Assembly (NCBI GenBank): GCA_003427395.1
Contig: BFEA01000019.1
Coordinates: 667,871-731,870 of the forward strand
DNA length: 64,000 bases
From: Chara braunii
Taxonomy: Eukaryota > Plantae > Charophyceae
Direction: 5' to 3'
Every line of letters begins with the position of its first letter. Position 1 is the first letter of the stretch. The notes below the pieces were generated by a model that made no database searches, was not told the DNA's origin, and saw nothing but the letters and a program-made list of their open reading frames with translations. A program made the position numbers and the translations under genes. This document shows positions 12,442 through 24,390 of the stretch, piece after piece.

Positions 12442-13375
12442 TAAGGGATGGTGGGCCCGTTTCCCAGCACTGGGTCCCAAGTCCCACCAGCAGCATCGAG
12501 TTTCTTCAATGCCGGATATGTTTGTGGAGATGTTCAGAAAATCGCGTTGAGTTTCCTCAACCGCATATCTCCACAAAACACGTCCAGATTCAGGAGTTGA
12601 GGAAACTCGATGCTGCTACTAGTAGTGGGACTTGGGCCCTGAGGCAGTAGTTAGGCTGTTGAGGAGATGAGAGTCACAGGCAGGCCCCGTTTGTGAATAT
12701 GTATGCTTATGGGATTTGGGAATTGGGCCCATTTCCCAGCATTGCCGGTAATTGTCCTGGGACCAAGTCCCACTCTTCGTAGCAGCATTGAGTTTCCTCA
12801 ACGCCTGAATGTGGACATGTTTTTGGAGATGTGCAGTTGAGGAAACTCAACACACCGCGGGTCCGAATCTGGCCTCGATAACAATGCGATTTCTGCACAC
12901 CTCAAACATGTTCAGATTCAGGCATTGAGGAAACTCGACGCTGTTACCTTCTTCCTCCGAATACAATATACAGTCATTATAGCTGAATTTGGGGTAAATT
13001 TCAGTCTAAATACAGCTAGAATGACCGTACATTGTATTCGGGGGAATAAGGTTAGTGGGAATTGGCCCCCAGTCTGAGTGTTTCAGCTGTTGACACAAGG
13101 GATACTGGCCCTGTTTCCCGGCAATGATTTTTTTTTTTTTTTTTTTTTTTTTCCCGTGGCATTAAATGTTCTGCTTCGGGGTAGGACAAGTTTTCAGACA
13201 AGTGTTGTTTAGCTCATGTTGGTTCAGTTCTTTTTCATTTCAGTACGGGGGCCAGGTTAGGGCTTGGCTGACGATGCCTTCCCCCCGCCCCTTTTTCCCC
13301 CTTCAAACTGTGTAAGGGACGCTGGGCCCCGTTCCCAGCCTTGTTAATAGAAAAACGGTGATTTCGCAACAGCAA

Positions 13376-13408
<33 letters not shown>

Positions 13409-13489
13409 AAGAAGAAAAAGAACACAGAAAACATAGGTAGGCGACAGAGCGAATAAGACGAGGCGAAAATGGATGCAAAAGATAACCGT

Positions 13490-13571
13490 CGTGGCCTGAG
13501 AGATTCGAACTCTCGCGGGTATAACCCATGTACTTAGCAGGCACACGCCTTAACCACTCGGCCAAAGCCAC
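13490..13571 (-). tRNA. trnS-GCT: tRNA-Ser(GCT)
   Basis: GTGGCTTTGGCCGAGTGGTTAAGGCGTGTGCCTGCTAAGTACATGGGTTATACCCGCGAGAGTTCGAATCTCTCAGGCCACG: intact cloverleaf, long variable arm, A/B boxes, downstream TTTT. Confidence 0.95.
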
Positions 13572-13642
13572 GAGACATGGGAAATGGTTTGCCAATGGCT
13601 CAAAAACACAATGGGCCTAGCTCAGTGTACCACCGTAGCTCA

Positions 13643-13766
13643 GGGCATACTCTCACACCAACACTAATCCGAATGAATCTGCCCTTAGTTACGGCCGGAC
13701 CGGGATGCATCTGACTTCAATCACGTCCAGAGCTGAGTCGAAGAAGTCCTAGTGTGAGTATGCCGT
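13643..13766. mobile_element. PIF/Harbinger-type MITE between the two tRNA genes
   Basis: TCA-GGGCATACTCTCACAC...GTGTGAGTATGCCG-TCA (3-bp TSD, GGG terminus). Confidence 0.6.
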
Positions 13767-13854
13767 CAGTCCGTACACCTATGAACTGGTGAAATAGAGA
13801 CGTGAGTTGAAATCCAAACGTAAATATCTAATTGAGAGAATTCTGATCCATCTC

Positions 13855-13936
13855 GTGGCTTTGGCCGAGTGGTTAAGGCGTGTGCCTGCTAAGTACATGG
13901 GTTATACCCGCGAGAGTTCGAATCTCTCAGGCCACG
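13855..13936 (+). tRNA. trnS-GCT: tRNA-Ser(GCT), identical to the 13490-13571 copy
   Basis: Same 82-nt sequence, with intact acceptor, D, anticodon, variable and T arms. Confidence 0.93.
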
Positions 13937-14061
13937 ATGATTCTCTTATCTCAATAATAAAACAAACAATAAATTCCTATTGGAGACCGCCCTGGCTGAA
14001 AAGGCCACCCGATGTGAGATTAAACACGGAAGACTTTTTTTCTTTTTTTTTCTTTTTTTTT

Positions 14062-14161
14062 AATTTGGACCATTTCTCGATTTATGCGTGTCATCCTTGC
14101 CGCAGGGGCCATGCTAATCTTCTCTGTATCGTTCCAATGTTAACGGATGTCCCGTAAGGAC
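14062..14161 (-). ncRNA. U6: Full-length U6 snRNA sequence, probably a retrocopy (poly(A) tail at 14035-14061)
   Basis: GTCCTTACGGGACATCCGTTAACATTGGAACGATACAGAGAAGATTAGCATGGCCCCTGCGGCAAGGATGACACGCATAAATCGAGAAATGGTCCAAATT followed by an A-tail. No USE/TATA evident upstream; it interrupts a local repeat unit. Confidence 0.9.
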
Positions 14162-14947
14162 ACAAGATTGAATTTACCTGGGCCGGTTAGGCCGATGATA
14201 ATACCTCAAGGCCATCGCCCACGATGGTTCTCTTATCCCAGAAACAAATAACAAATTTTCTCATCGGAGGCCACCCTGGCTGAAAAGGCCACCCGATGTC
14301 AGATTAGACACAAGATTGAATTTAGCTGGGCCGGTTAGGCCGATGATAATACGTCAAGGCCATCGCCCGTTTAAAAAAAAAAAAAAAAAGAGTGGGAGAA
14401 CACGTGTTTACAAGATCAGTGAGCCGCGTTATTCGTCGGGCGCAAGCTGCGGTGACAGCATGTGATGAAACTGCCACGTGGCGCTAACTGCAGTGACAGC
14501 ATGTGATGAAACTGCCACGTGGCGCTCATACAGAAGCCTGCAGAAATTGAATAACTTCGATCTCCATGATGTGTACTGAAACAGCCATATCTGAATTCGT
14601 GATTTGCTTTGAAGATGCATAGCCAAAAGTATATGAAGATAAGGAAGTAAGAAAAAAAAAAAAAAGGAGACAAAGCTTGCTTTTCATCTTCTCCTCGACA
14701 CACAGCAATGCCACTGCGGCCCTGGTACTATGCGCTTGGCCGAGTGAGCCTTGATTATCCCGCCCGTAGTGGCTGCACTTCCTTTTGTGAGGGACGCCGG
14801 GCACGTTTCTCCTCTTTGTTCGACCCATCACTACTTTTCCATTTTGTGTTTTTTTATGAATTCGCAGCCTAAGAATCCTCTCTCCCCGTCTTACAGCCTC
14901 GTGCTTTTCTCTTCTACCCCTCCTCTTCTCCCAACATGCCCCCCATC

Positions 14948-15020
<73 letters not shown>

Positions 15021-16010
15021 CAAACTTGTACATAATGAGATGCAAAGACGGTATCCACATCATCCCGCTTCCCCTCCCTCTTCGCATCACCTACAGCCGA
15101 CAACATTTTGTCGCTCTCTCTCTCTCNNNNNNNNNNNNNNNNNNNNNNNNNNNNNNNNNNNNNNNNNNNNNNNNNNNNNNNNNNNNNNNNNNNNNNNNNN
15201 NNNNNNNNNNNGCTCGCCCGCGCGCGCGCGCGTTCAACTGCCTGATTATAGCGAGACATGACGACACACGCACGAGCACACAGACAGCTTCGGTGGCCGC
15301 AGCGCGGAGCAGGAGAATTGCAAACCTGATGAGCCTTCATTTATTGTCAGCGACCCCTCTTTAACGAAATCTCTGAGGGATCAGACACGAGCTGATGGGC
15401 AATGGCTTGATTGGACCAGTCAAGATGAGGGGAGGTCATACACGTGGCAGTTGTCTTTGTGGCCTCCCATAACGTTACGCCACGTGGCAGTAGAGGACCA
15501 AACTGCCACGTGGACGAGCTTCCCCCAACCACCGCCACCCCCTCCACCTCCTCCTCAGAGGGATAAGCGTGAAGGGAGGAGCGAAGGGAGGGGAGGAGGG
15601 AGGGGAGGAGGTAGGAGAGAGGGGAGAGAGGGGGGGAGAGGGGAGGACGAAGGAATGAGAGGAGGGAGGGCAGGAGGAAGGAGTGAGAGGACGAAGAGAA
15701 TGGCGCCTCATCCCCTCTACCACCTCCTCCTCGGAGAGATGAGCGAGAAGGGAGGAGCGAAGGGCGGGGAGGAGGTAGGAGGGAGGGGAGAGAGAGGAGG
15801 AAGGAATTAGAGGAGGGAGGGGAGGAGGAGGGAGGGGAGTAGAGGAGGAAGAGAACGGAGAGAGTGGATAAGATTTCACCATTAGAGGTTGCTTTTGTGA
15901 AGACGACAGATAACCAGACTAAAGAAGGGGAATGGAGGAAAGGAGGAGGTGGAGGGGATTGGGGTGGTTGAGGGGAGATCGAACACTTTGCAGGAGAGGG
16001 TGGGGGGGGG

Positions 16011-16048
16011 CTGTCTCTTATACACATCTAGATGTGTATAAGAGACAG
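16011..16048. other. Nextera junction adapter (artefact)
   Basis: Exact 38-nt palindromic adapter. Confidence 0.97.
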
Positions 16049-16137
16049 GCTCTCAGGCCACCCTGGCTGAAAAGGCCACCCGATGTCAGATTAGACACAA
16101 GATTGAATTTAGCTGGGCCGGTTAGGCCGATGATAAT

Positions 16138-16175
16138 CTGTCTCTTATACACATCTAGATGTGTATAAGAGACAG
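16138..16175. other. Nextera junction adapter (artefact)
   Basis: Exact 38-nt adapter; flanks are copies of 14158-14350. Confidence 0.97.
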
Positions 16176-16900
16176 GGACACAAGATTGAATTTACCTGGG
16201 CCGGTTAGGCCGATGATAATACCTCAAGGCCATCGCCCACGATGGTTCTCTTATCCCAGAAACAAATAACNNNNNNNNNNNNNNNNNNNNNNNNNNNNNN
16301 NNNNNNNNNNNNNNNNNNNNNNNNNNNNNNNNNNNNNNNNNNNNNNNNNNNNNNNNNNNNNNNNNNNNNNNNNNNNNNNNNNNNNNNNNNNNNNNNNNNN
16401 NNNNNNNNNNNNNNNNNNNNNNNNNNNNNNNNNNNNNNNNNNNNNNNNNNNNNNNNNNNNNNNNNNNNNNNNNNNNNNNNNNNNNNNNNNNNNNNNNNNN
16501 NNNNNNNNNNNNNNNNNNNNNNNNNNNNNNNNNNNNNNNNNNNNNNNNNNNNNNNNNNNNNNNNNNNNNNNNNNNNNNNNNNNNNNNNNNNNNNNNNNNN
16601 NNNNNNNNNNNNNNNNNNNNNNNNNNNNNNNNNNNNNNNNNNNNNNNNNNNNNNNNNNNNNNNNNNNNNNNNNNNNNNNNNNNNNNNNNNNNNNNNNNNN
16701 NNNNNNNNNNNNNNNNNNNNNNNNNNNNNNNNNNNNNNNNNNNNNNNNNNNNNNNNNNNNNNNNNNNNNNNNNNNNNNNNNNNNNNNNNNNNNNNNNNNN
16801 NNNNNNNNNNNNNNNNNNNNNNNNNNNNNNNNNNNNNNNNNNNNNNNNNNNNNNNNNNNNNNNNNNNNNNNNNNNNNNNNNNNNNNNNNNNNNNNNNNNN

Positions 16901-17340
16901 TCCAATCAAAGCTTTGAGTGGTCCAATCAAAACTCGAGAGATTTTGAGTGGTCCAATCCTCAGCTTGAGTCGTCCAATCAAAGCTTTGAGTGGTCCAATC
17001 AAAACTCAAGAGATTTTGAGTGGTCCAATCCTCAGCTTGAGTGGTCCAATCAAAGCTTTGAGTGGTCCAATCAAAGCTTGAGTGGTCCAATCAAAGCTTG
17101 AGTGGTCCAATCAAAGCTTGAGTGGGCCAATCAAAGCTTATTGCCAATCCCAATCAACTCGTGAGTCGTGAGGAAATCTCACGATTTGATTGGCAGTAAG
17201 CTTTGATTGGATCACTCAAAGTTTTGATTGGACCACTCAAAGCTTTGATTGGACCACTCAAGCTGAGGATTGGACCACTCAAAATCTCTCGAGTTTTGAT
17301 TGGACCACTCAAAGCTTTGATTGGACTACTCACTCAAGCT
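16901..17340. repeat. Foldback structure made of about 21-bp CCAAT-containing tandem units
   Basis: (CCAATCAAAGCTTTGAGTGGT)n inverts around 17150-17190 into (ACCACTCAAAGCTTTGATTGG)n. Confidence 0.85.
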
Positions 17341-18122
17341 GACGGGAGCTCGTACAGGTATCAGCAGTTTCGCTTTTCACCCTCCTCCTCGTCTCTCTCT
17401 CTCTTTCCCCTCGACCTCCCTCTCTTCCTCCTTCCTCTTGACCTCACTCCATCCTCCTCCCTCAAACTGCGGAGAGCTCGTACAGGTGCCACTTTGTTTT
17501 TTGCCCTCATCCTCTCACTCCCCCCTCCTGACCTCTCTCCTCCNNNNNNNNNNNNNNNNNNNNNNNNNNNNNNNNNNNNNNNNNNNNNNNNNNNNNNNNN
17601 NNNNNNNNNNNNNNNNNNNNNNNNNNNNNNNNNNNNNNNNNNNNNNNNNNNNNNNNNNNNNNNNNNNNNNNNNNNNNNNNNNNNNNNNNNNNNNNNNNNN
17701 NNNNNNNNNNNNNNNNNNNNNNNNNNNNNNNNNNNNNNNNNNNNNNNNNNNNNNNNNNNNNNNNNNNNNNNNNNNNNNNNNNNNNNNNNNNNNNNNNNNN
17801 NNNNNNNNNNNNNNNNNNNNNNNNNNNNNNNNNNNNNNNNNNNNNNNNNNNNNNNNNNNNNNNNNNNNNNNNNNNNNNNNNNNNNNNNNNNNNNNNNNNN
17901 NNNNNNNNNNNNNNNNNNNNNNNNNNNNNNNNNNNNNNNNNNNNNNNNNNNNNNNNNNNNNNNNNNNNNNNNNNNNNNNNNNNNNNNNNNNNNNNNNNNN
18001 NNNNNNNNNNNNNNNNNNNNNNNNNNNNNNNNNAAGTATCGTGGCCTGAGAGATCTTATAAGGTGAGAGAGGTTGGAACCTTTCAGACCACAAACAAGTC
18101 CGATAGCGCGCGAAAAAAGTAT

Positions 18123-18204
18123 CGTGGCGTGAGAAATTCGAACTCTCGCGGGCATAACCCATCCACTTAGGAAGCACACGACTTAACCACTCGGCCATAG
18201 CCAC
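18123..18204 (-). pseudogene. Degenerate tRNA-Ser(GCT)-derived copy (anticodon now CCT, anticodon stem disrupted)
   Basis: GTGGCTATGGCCGAGTGGTTAAGTCGTGTGCTTCCTAAGTGGATGGGTTATGCCCGCGAGAGTTCGAATTTCTCACGCCACG, with a T6 terminator retained. A further 3'-end fragment sits at about 18040-18054. Confidence 0.8.
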
Positions 18205-18373
18205 CCATTTGAGAGACGAGGGTCTCGGTCTCAAAAAACTATATATCCTTTTGGACGTCCATTGAACCGCACGTACACGGCCCCAGCCTTGCAGAAAGAC
18301 TTTTGTCGCCACAAGCAAAAACTCGGAGGGGCCGCGCGGCGTGGGGCGCAGTTGCAAGGAAAAAAAAAAAAAA

Positions 18374-18760
18374 GGGGAAAGTTTTGATATGACCCTGAAA
18401 GTTCAATTAATTTGCACGGTGCCCCTCTGACGGCCGACTTACCCTGCTGTGCCCCTGGGGCCTCTGAGCTCTCCTGCAGGCCCCTCTCTGTGAGGGTAGC
18501 AACTTTCCAGCATGCCCCCGTGGCCGTCGGTGGCACACGCGATCTTTCCCCTGGCTCTGGGAGGGGAGCTACCGGGGCATACTAGAAACTTGGAGCCGGT
18601 ACAGGTTGGGGTATATTGAACATATTTCAGGCCCAAACGACACCAGGGGTTTTTCAGAAATTTCAATCTCTGTCAGAGGGGCGCTGCAGGGTAAGTAGGC
18701 CGTTAGAGGGGCACGCTGCAAATAAATGGAACTTCGAGGGGCATATCAAAGCTTTTCCCC
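18374..18760. mobile_element. Mutator-like element with about 80-bp TIRs, inserted in an A-run of a family-B relative
   Basis: GGGGAAAGTTTTGATATGACCCTGAAAGTTC...GAACTTCGAGGGGCATATCAAAGCTTTTCCCC, flanked by A9; the host sequence matches 11960-12130. Confidence 0.75.
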
Positions 18761-19689
18761 AAAAAAAAAGATGTGGTGCGTGCTTCATGCTGACACTGCG
18801 GCCAAACGTGTGGTGGTGTACTGGTGCGGAGAAGATTAGCATGACCCCTCACTGCGTGTCCACCTCATATGGCCTTTCGCCTTTTACTACAGTTTTTGGA
18901 AGCTGCCTTCTCCTCATATAGAGGACAGCCGTATATTTTTCTCTCACCTCACATATTTTTTAACTGGCGTTCTGCCATGTCATGGTACTTATCTTTTGAT
19001 GATCTGCAGTAGGTGAGCCCTAGCTGAACTGCGCTAGCGCTACTGTCGCTCCCCGATGCCGGCGCACCGGTAGGGTCCGGTCGCCCCCGCTCGCCTGGTG
19101 ACTGGGGAGGACAGCTCCCCGGCTGCTGGGCCTGTGCACGTGCCCAATAAATGTGTGTGGTGTGCTGCCGCGTGGCACCTATTGTCTGGTGACGTGGATG
19201 TCCCGTGACACGTGAGCAGGGGTAGCGCCAGCCGTGGGATTGACAAGTGGTTCGGAGGAACCGTGTGTGTGGCGCAGCTGAGTGGGCGAGAGATGGATTT
19301 GGTGGGGGAGCTACAACATCGAGTGGAGGAACGGCTCATCATACTGGAGGAGGGATGCAATCAGTTGCGGACGATAGTTGGAGTGCTTACGATGCGGCAG
19401 CAGGAGGGGGAGGAGATCGACGGGGGGAGATCTCCATGGATCAGTGGTTAGAAGATAGGACCCAGGAGATGCTTGACATCATGTGGGAGCTGGAGGAGGG
19501 GTCGGATGCCCGGCTCAACGCTTACATCGACTGGAGGTGGGCGGAGGATAGGATGTGTGCTTGCAAAACCCGGCGCAATCTTCATAATCAGCTGGAGACT
19601 CGAAAAGGAAAGGGCGAGATGGGTGACAAGGGAAGCGGAACGCCTGGGTGGAGGATGGTGGGGAGGCTGGCGAAGAGTATTGCGGCAAG

Positions 19690-19741
19690 AACACTCACAA
19701 CAGCAAGAACATCAACAACATCAATGGCAATGATGACGATG

Positions 19742-19783
<42 letters not shown>

Positions 19784-20247
19784 ATGATGATGACGACGAT
19801 CATGGCAGCAGCAGGGCAGAGAGTGGTGTCCGTGCATCCGAGGTCATCATCAGGATAATGGGCGAGAACATCAACATCAACATCAACANNNNNNNNNNNN
19901 NNNNNNNNNNNNNNNNNNNNNNNNNNNNNNNNNNNNNNNNNNNNNNNNNNNNNNNNNNNNNNNNNNNNNNNNNNNNNNNNNNNNNNNNNNNNNNNNNNNN
20001 NNNNNNNNNNNNNNNNNNNNNNNNNNNNNNNNNNNNNNNNNNNNNNNNNNNNNNNNNNNNNNNNNNNNNNNNNNNNNNNNNNNNNNNNNNNNNNNNNNNN
20101 NNNNNNNNNNNNNNNNNNNNNNNNNNNNNNNNNNNNNNNNNNNNNNNNNNNNNNNNNNNNNNNNNNNNNNNNNNNNNNNNNNNNNNNNNNNNNNNNNNAA
20201 CATCAACATCAACATCAACATCAACATCAACATCAACATCAACAACG

Positions 20248-20285
<38 letters not shown>

Positions 20286-20430
20286 AATGATGATGATGAT
20301 GACGATGGAGGCAGCGACGATCATGGCAGCAGCAGGGCACAGAGTGGTGTCCGTGCATCCGAGGTCATCATCAGGATAATGAGCGAGAACATCAACATCA
20401 ACATCAACATCAACATCAACATCAACAACG

Positions 20431-20461
<31 letters not shown>

Positions 20462-20546
20462 CGGTGACGAGGGCGGGGGCGACGTCCACGGCAGCAGCAT
20501 GAAGGGTGTGATGTCGCAGATGGAGATGGATGATAACGGTGGTGAT

Positions 20547-20581
<35 letters not shown>

Positions 20582-20760
20582 CGATGATGATGAGGGAGGC
20601 GATGTCCATGGCTGCCGCATGAGGGGAGTGCAGCAGATGGATGCGGATGATAATGGAGACGACAACAACAACGACGACAACAACCACAACAACAACATCA
20701 ACTACAACAACAACAACAACAAAAACGTAGGGGGCAACGTCCATGGCAGCAGAATGATGG
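19690..20760. repeat. Compound (AAC)n/(AACATC)n/(GAT)n low-complexity tandem repeat
   Basis: Seen directly; spans an N gap. Confidence 0.85.
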
Positions 20761-21899
20761 GTGAGATACTGCAGGCAGACGCGGTTGGAATGGGGGTGGA
20801 CACGGGAAACTGGTTTTCTTACTTCCTCATTGTTATATGTTTTGGCCTCGATATGGAGTTGTTTCTCGTTGGCTGCCAAAGGACAGGAGTAGGTTAGTCA
20901 GTGATGATTGGTGTTGCCCGGCCCGCAATACCAATCAACACTGGGTGGTGATCGCCTCGCGGGATTGGTGGTGGGCAATTTAGGGGTTAGATTGCAGGAG
21001 GCCGACCTTTCCCTTGCGCAGGCAAGTAATCAATGGCCCTGACAAATTCATAAGATAATGCATGGAGAAAACGTTGTGTTAAGGCATGCTTGATATTCAC
21101 CACGTGCGACTCGTCATTGTTAGGGTTTCGTGATGTCCACTCATCATGGATAGAGCTTCGCTCTTATGCTTGATTGATAGAGAATACATCATATCCTACT
21201 TAGAGTTTCGTGATTAGACTTTGATAGGTATAGATTAAAGACATATATCTAACAGTTGGACATAGTTACACAACACGATATGGGGACGCTGGACCCGATT
21301 TCCAGCAGATATAAATCACATCATTGGTAGTACACATCACATCATGGTTAGGGTTTCGACTAAATGGATTGATCCCTCAGATTGTTGCACAGATTCCATA
21401 GTGTACATAGTTACACAACACGATATGGGGACGTTGGACCCGATTTCCAACAGATATAGGGTTGGCTATCCTCATAGTACGTAGTCAAGGGTTGAGGCTG
21501 GTGGCAGGGTGCAGCGCTACTGGGAGCGTTGTGCTCCGCCCCGGGTTGCGACATCGCACAGGTGGGCCATGGTGACGGCATGCGGCGGCGATGGTGGTCA
21601 TCTCTTTTGTAAACCAGGCGCTTTGCGCACGCATAGGTGACCGAAGGCACTTGCCCACGCCACGTCACAAACTGATGTGGCGGCTAGACTAACTCCCATT
21701 TTTTTTCTTCTGGGAGTTTCACGTTTCACTCCATTGCCGCTGCGTTTTTGCACGTGGCATATGGACTCAGAGGCGTTGGCTATGTCGACGCCTGTGGAGT
21801 ACAGTGGAGTCAGCCCTTGGTGAACTGAAATGCAAGTGCAGTGGCGACTGCAATCATGAGGAAGTAGATGTGTCAGCACAATCAGGGCGCTGCCCGTCA

Positions 21900-22376
21900 T
21901 CAACAACGGGGCGTTGATCACCACCAATACCATCATCAACAAGGCGCGGTTCGACACCATCATCACAGTAATGGTTCGCCATCATCATCATCATCATCAT
22001 CATCAACAGGGCGTGGTTCGACATCACCATCATGGTAATGGTTCGTCATCATCATCAGGGTGTTGCTCGTCATCACCATAATCCTCGTCAGGGTACTGCT
22101 CGTCATCATCATCAAGGCGTAGGTCTTCACTTCAGTTCGGCACAAATATCATCATCATTATCAAGGAGCCGTTCTTCAGGGGTGTTGCTCGTCATTCATC
22201 ATTGTATTACCATCATCAATAGTTCACCATCATAGGGTGCGGTTGGCGAAGTTTGTTATCATAGGGCGCTGCTCATCCCTATCATCATCATCATTATCAT
22301 CATCATCATTAGGTTATCATCAAAGGTGCTCGTCATCAACACCATCATTATCCTGTTGTCATCACAGGGCGTTGTG

Positions 22377-22411
<35 letters not shown>

Positions 22412-22415
22412 CGAA

Positions 22416-22452
<37 letters not shown>

Positions 22453-22453
22453 G

Positions 22454-22485
<32 letters not shown>

Positions 22486-22627
22486 GTCATCATCGTCATC
22501 ATCATCATCATCATCATCATCGTCATCATCATCATCATTATCATCATCAATCTAAAATCATAGCGGTTGTTGGTGTTGCTTTTTAGTACGATCAGCATCA
22601 TCATTTTGTCTCCATTCTCATCACTAC

Positions 22628-22671
<44 letters not shown>

Positions 22672-22790
22672 GTTTGTCATCTTTAGATGTTGCTCTTCAA
22701 GGCATTGTTTGCCTTTCACATCAGGAGGTGAGTTGGTCGTCACCATCATCCTCGTCATCATCGTCTTCAGGGTGCTGTTCATCGTCATCA
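21900..22790. repeat. (CAT)n microsatellite-rich tract
   Basis: Seen directly. Confidence 0.9.
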
Positions 22791-22949
22791 GCAAAAAAAA
22801 AAAAAAAAAAAAACTCATCTACCTTTTCTCCATCACAATTTTCAGAAATTTCTGATTCTTCCACTCATATCTTAGGAATCTTATTTCCTAAATTCCTTGT
22901 TTTTTCTTTTCCCCACTATTTATTTCTGATTCCCCTTTGGGCGCACTAA

Positions 22950-23715
22950 TGAATTATTTTTGCACGGGTGGGGGTTGGGGTTTTAAGGAGGAGAGCTCTA
23001 CTCTGCAGGGGCTTCACAAGGTGGAGGTTAAAATGCCCTGGAGGGAGTGGGGGCAGATTTTTTGGGGATGCCCTATTCTAGGGCTGGAAAAGATGTATGA
23101 GTTGGCATCATATCCCAGCGGAGGCAGATAGCGGTGAAAGGTTGGTTGAGGCATACTTTGGGTGGAACTGGATACCTCAGTGGAAGTTGGGGGAGGAAGC
23201 AGGTATGTCCCAAGTTGGGGCCGATAAGGAGAGCTTGTGATCAAGACATTCCTTTTCAGTGGAGGCAGTGGAGGGACAGGGGGAGATGGAGGGGAGGGGG
23301 GGGGAAATAATCCACAGAAACGTCCGGGATTCTGATTCTCCTCTTAAGCATAAACAAATTATTTTTGGTGGGGTGGTGGGTTGGTTCTGGGGGGGAGAGA
23401 GCTCTACTCTGCAAGGGCTTCACATGGAGGGAGGTGATTGCCCTGAAAAGAGACGAGGCAAATTTTGGGGAGTGCTCTATTTTGGGGCTGGGGGAGATGT
23501 ATGGGTCGACATCATATCCCAGGGGTGACAGACAAGGGCAAGGGATCGACAAAGGTATACTTTGGGTGAGAATTGATGCCTTCGTGAAAGTAGGGGGAAA
23601 AACGGGTCTGTCCCAAGTTGTGGCCGATGAGGAGTGCCCATAATCAGGGGCGGTCCTTTTTGGTGGAGGCAGCAATGGGGTAGGGGGACGAGGGGGACAG
23701 GGGGGAATATCTATA
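22950..23715. repeat. About 400-bp diverged tandem duplication
   Basis: GAGAGCTCTACTCTGCA.GGGCTTCACA at about 22991 and 23397; GTCCCAAGTTG and GAGGGACAGGGGGA recur. Confidence 0.7.
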
Positions 23716-24390
23716 TCCTTTGTTAGTATTTTGTGGGACTTAAACAAGCACCCTTGTTATTCCTGGTAGTTTGAAGAATCTCTCGGGACTCTGAGGATCT
23801 GCTGGTGGTTTGTACGAAGCTGCACTGAAATTAGACTGTTATATTCAGGATTCGTCGTTGTTCATTGTCAGAACGACGCTGGCCGGAGCCGGGGTGATGC
23901 CCTATAACTTGCCAAACGTGAGGGTATGAGGCCTTGTAGAGAGATCTGGGGATGTTATGCAGGGGCATCCTAAGGGACAATTGGGGGTTGCTGACAGAGG
24001 ACGACACTGGTCGGAGCTGGAGTGAGTCGCGTTGCTCTGTAACCTAGCAGATAGGGGGCGTGAGACTTGGATAAGTTTTTCAGAGAATAAGTCGGTTTTA
24101 GTGAGCTTTGTTATGATCTATTGGAAATCCCTTAGATACTCGAGTGTTTGGAAAATTGCGGTGGATTTTATGAGGTGTTTAGCGATCATAAAAAAAAAGG
24201 GGGGGGGAAGCATTGGTAGTATATATTATATCATGGTTGGGGTTTCGACTGATTGGATTGATGCCTCAGATTGTTGTAGAGATTCTAAAATTTACATGGA
24301 TGGGGACGCTGGACCCATGTTCCGGCACATACATTCACACCATTGCATAAGGACGCTGAACCTGATTTCCAGCAGATACATTTTCGTCAT

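Noticed and set aside
13981-14000. 5S rRNA C-box similarity (GGAGACCGCCCTGG)
   Set aside because: Only about 14 nt, and not conserved in the sister repeat unit.
16901-17340. CRISPR-like array
   Set aside because: No unique spacers, no cas genes, eukaryotic context.
18123-18204. Functional Ser-body tRNA with an Arg (CCT) anticodon (codon reassignment)
   Set aside because: Mismatches in the acceptor, D and anticodon stems indicate a pseudogene.
16192-18357. Long ORFs of 230-290 aa
   Set aside because: Open only because they run through N gaps; the same applies at 2180-3382.
19212-20897. Asn/Thr-rich ORFs and an upstream coiled-coil-like ORF as a gene
   Set aside because: Dominated by (AAC)n repeats and an N gap; frames are broken and no domain is recognisable.
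22237-22604. Poly-His/Ile/Met ORFs
   Set aside because: Translations of a (CAT)n microsatellite.
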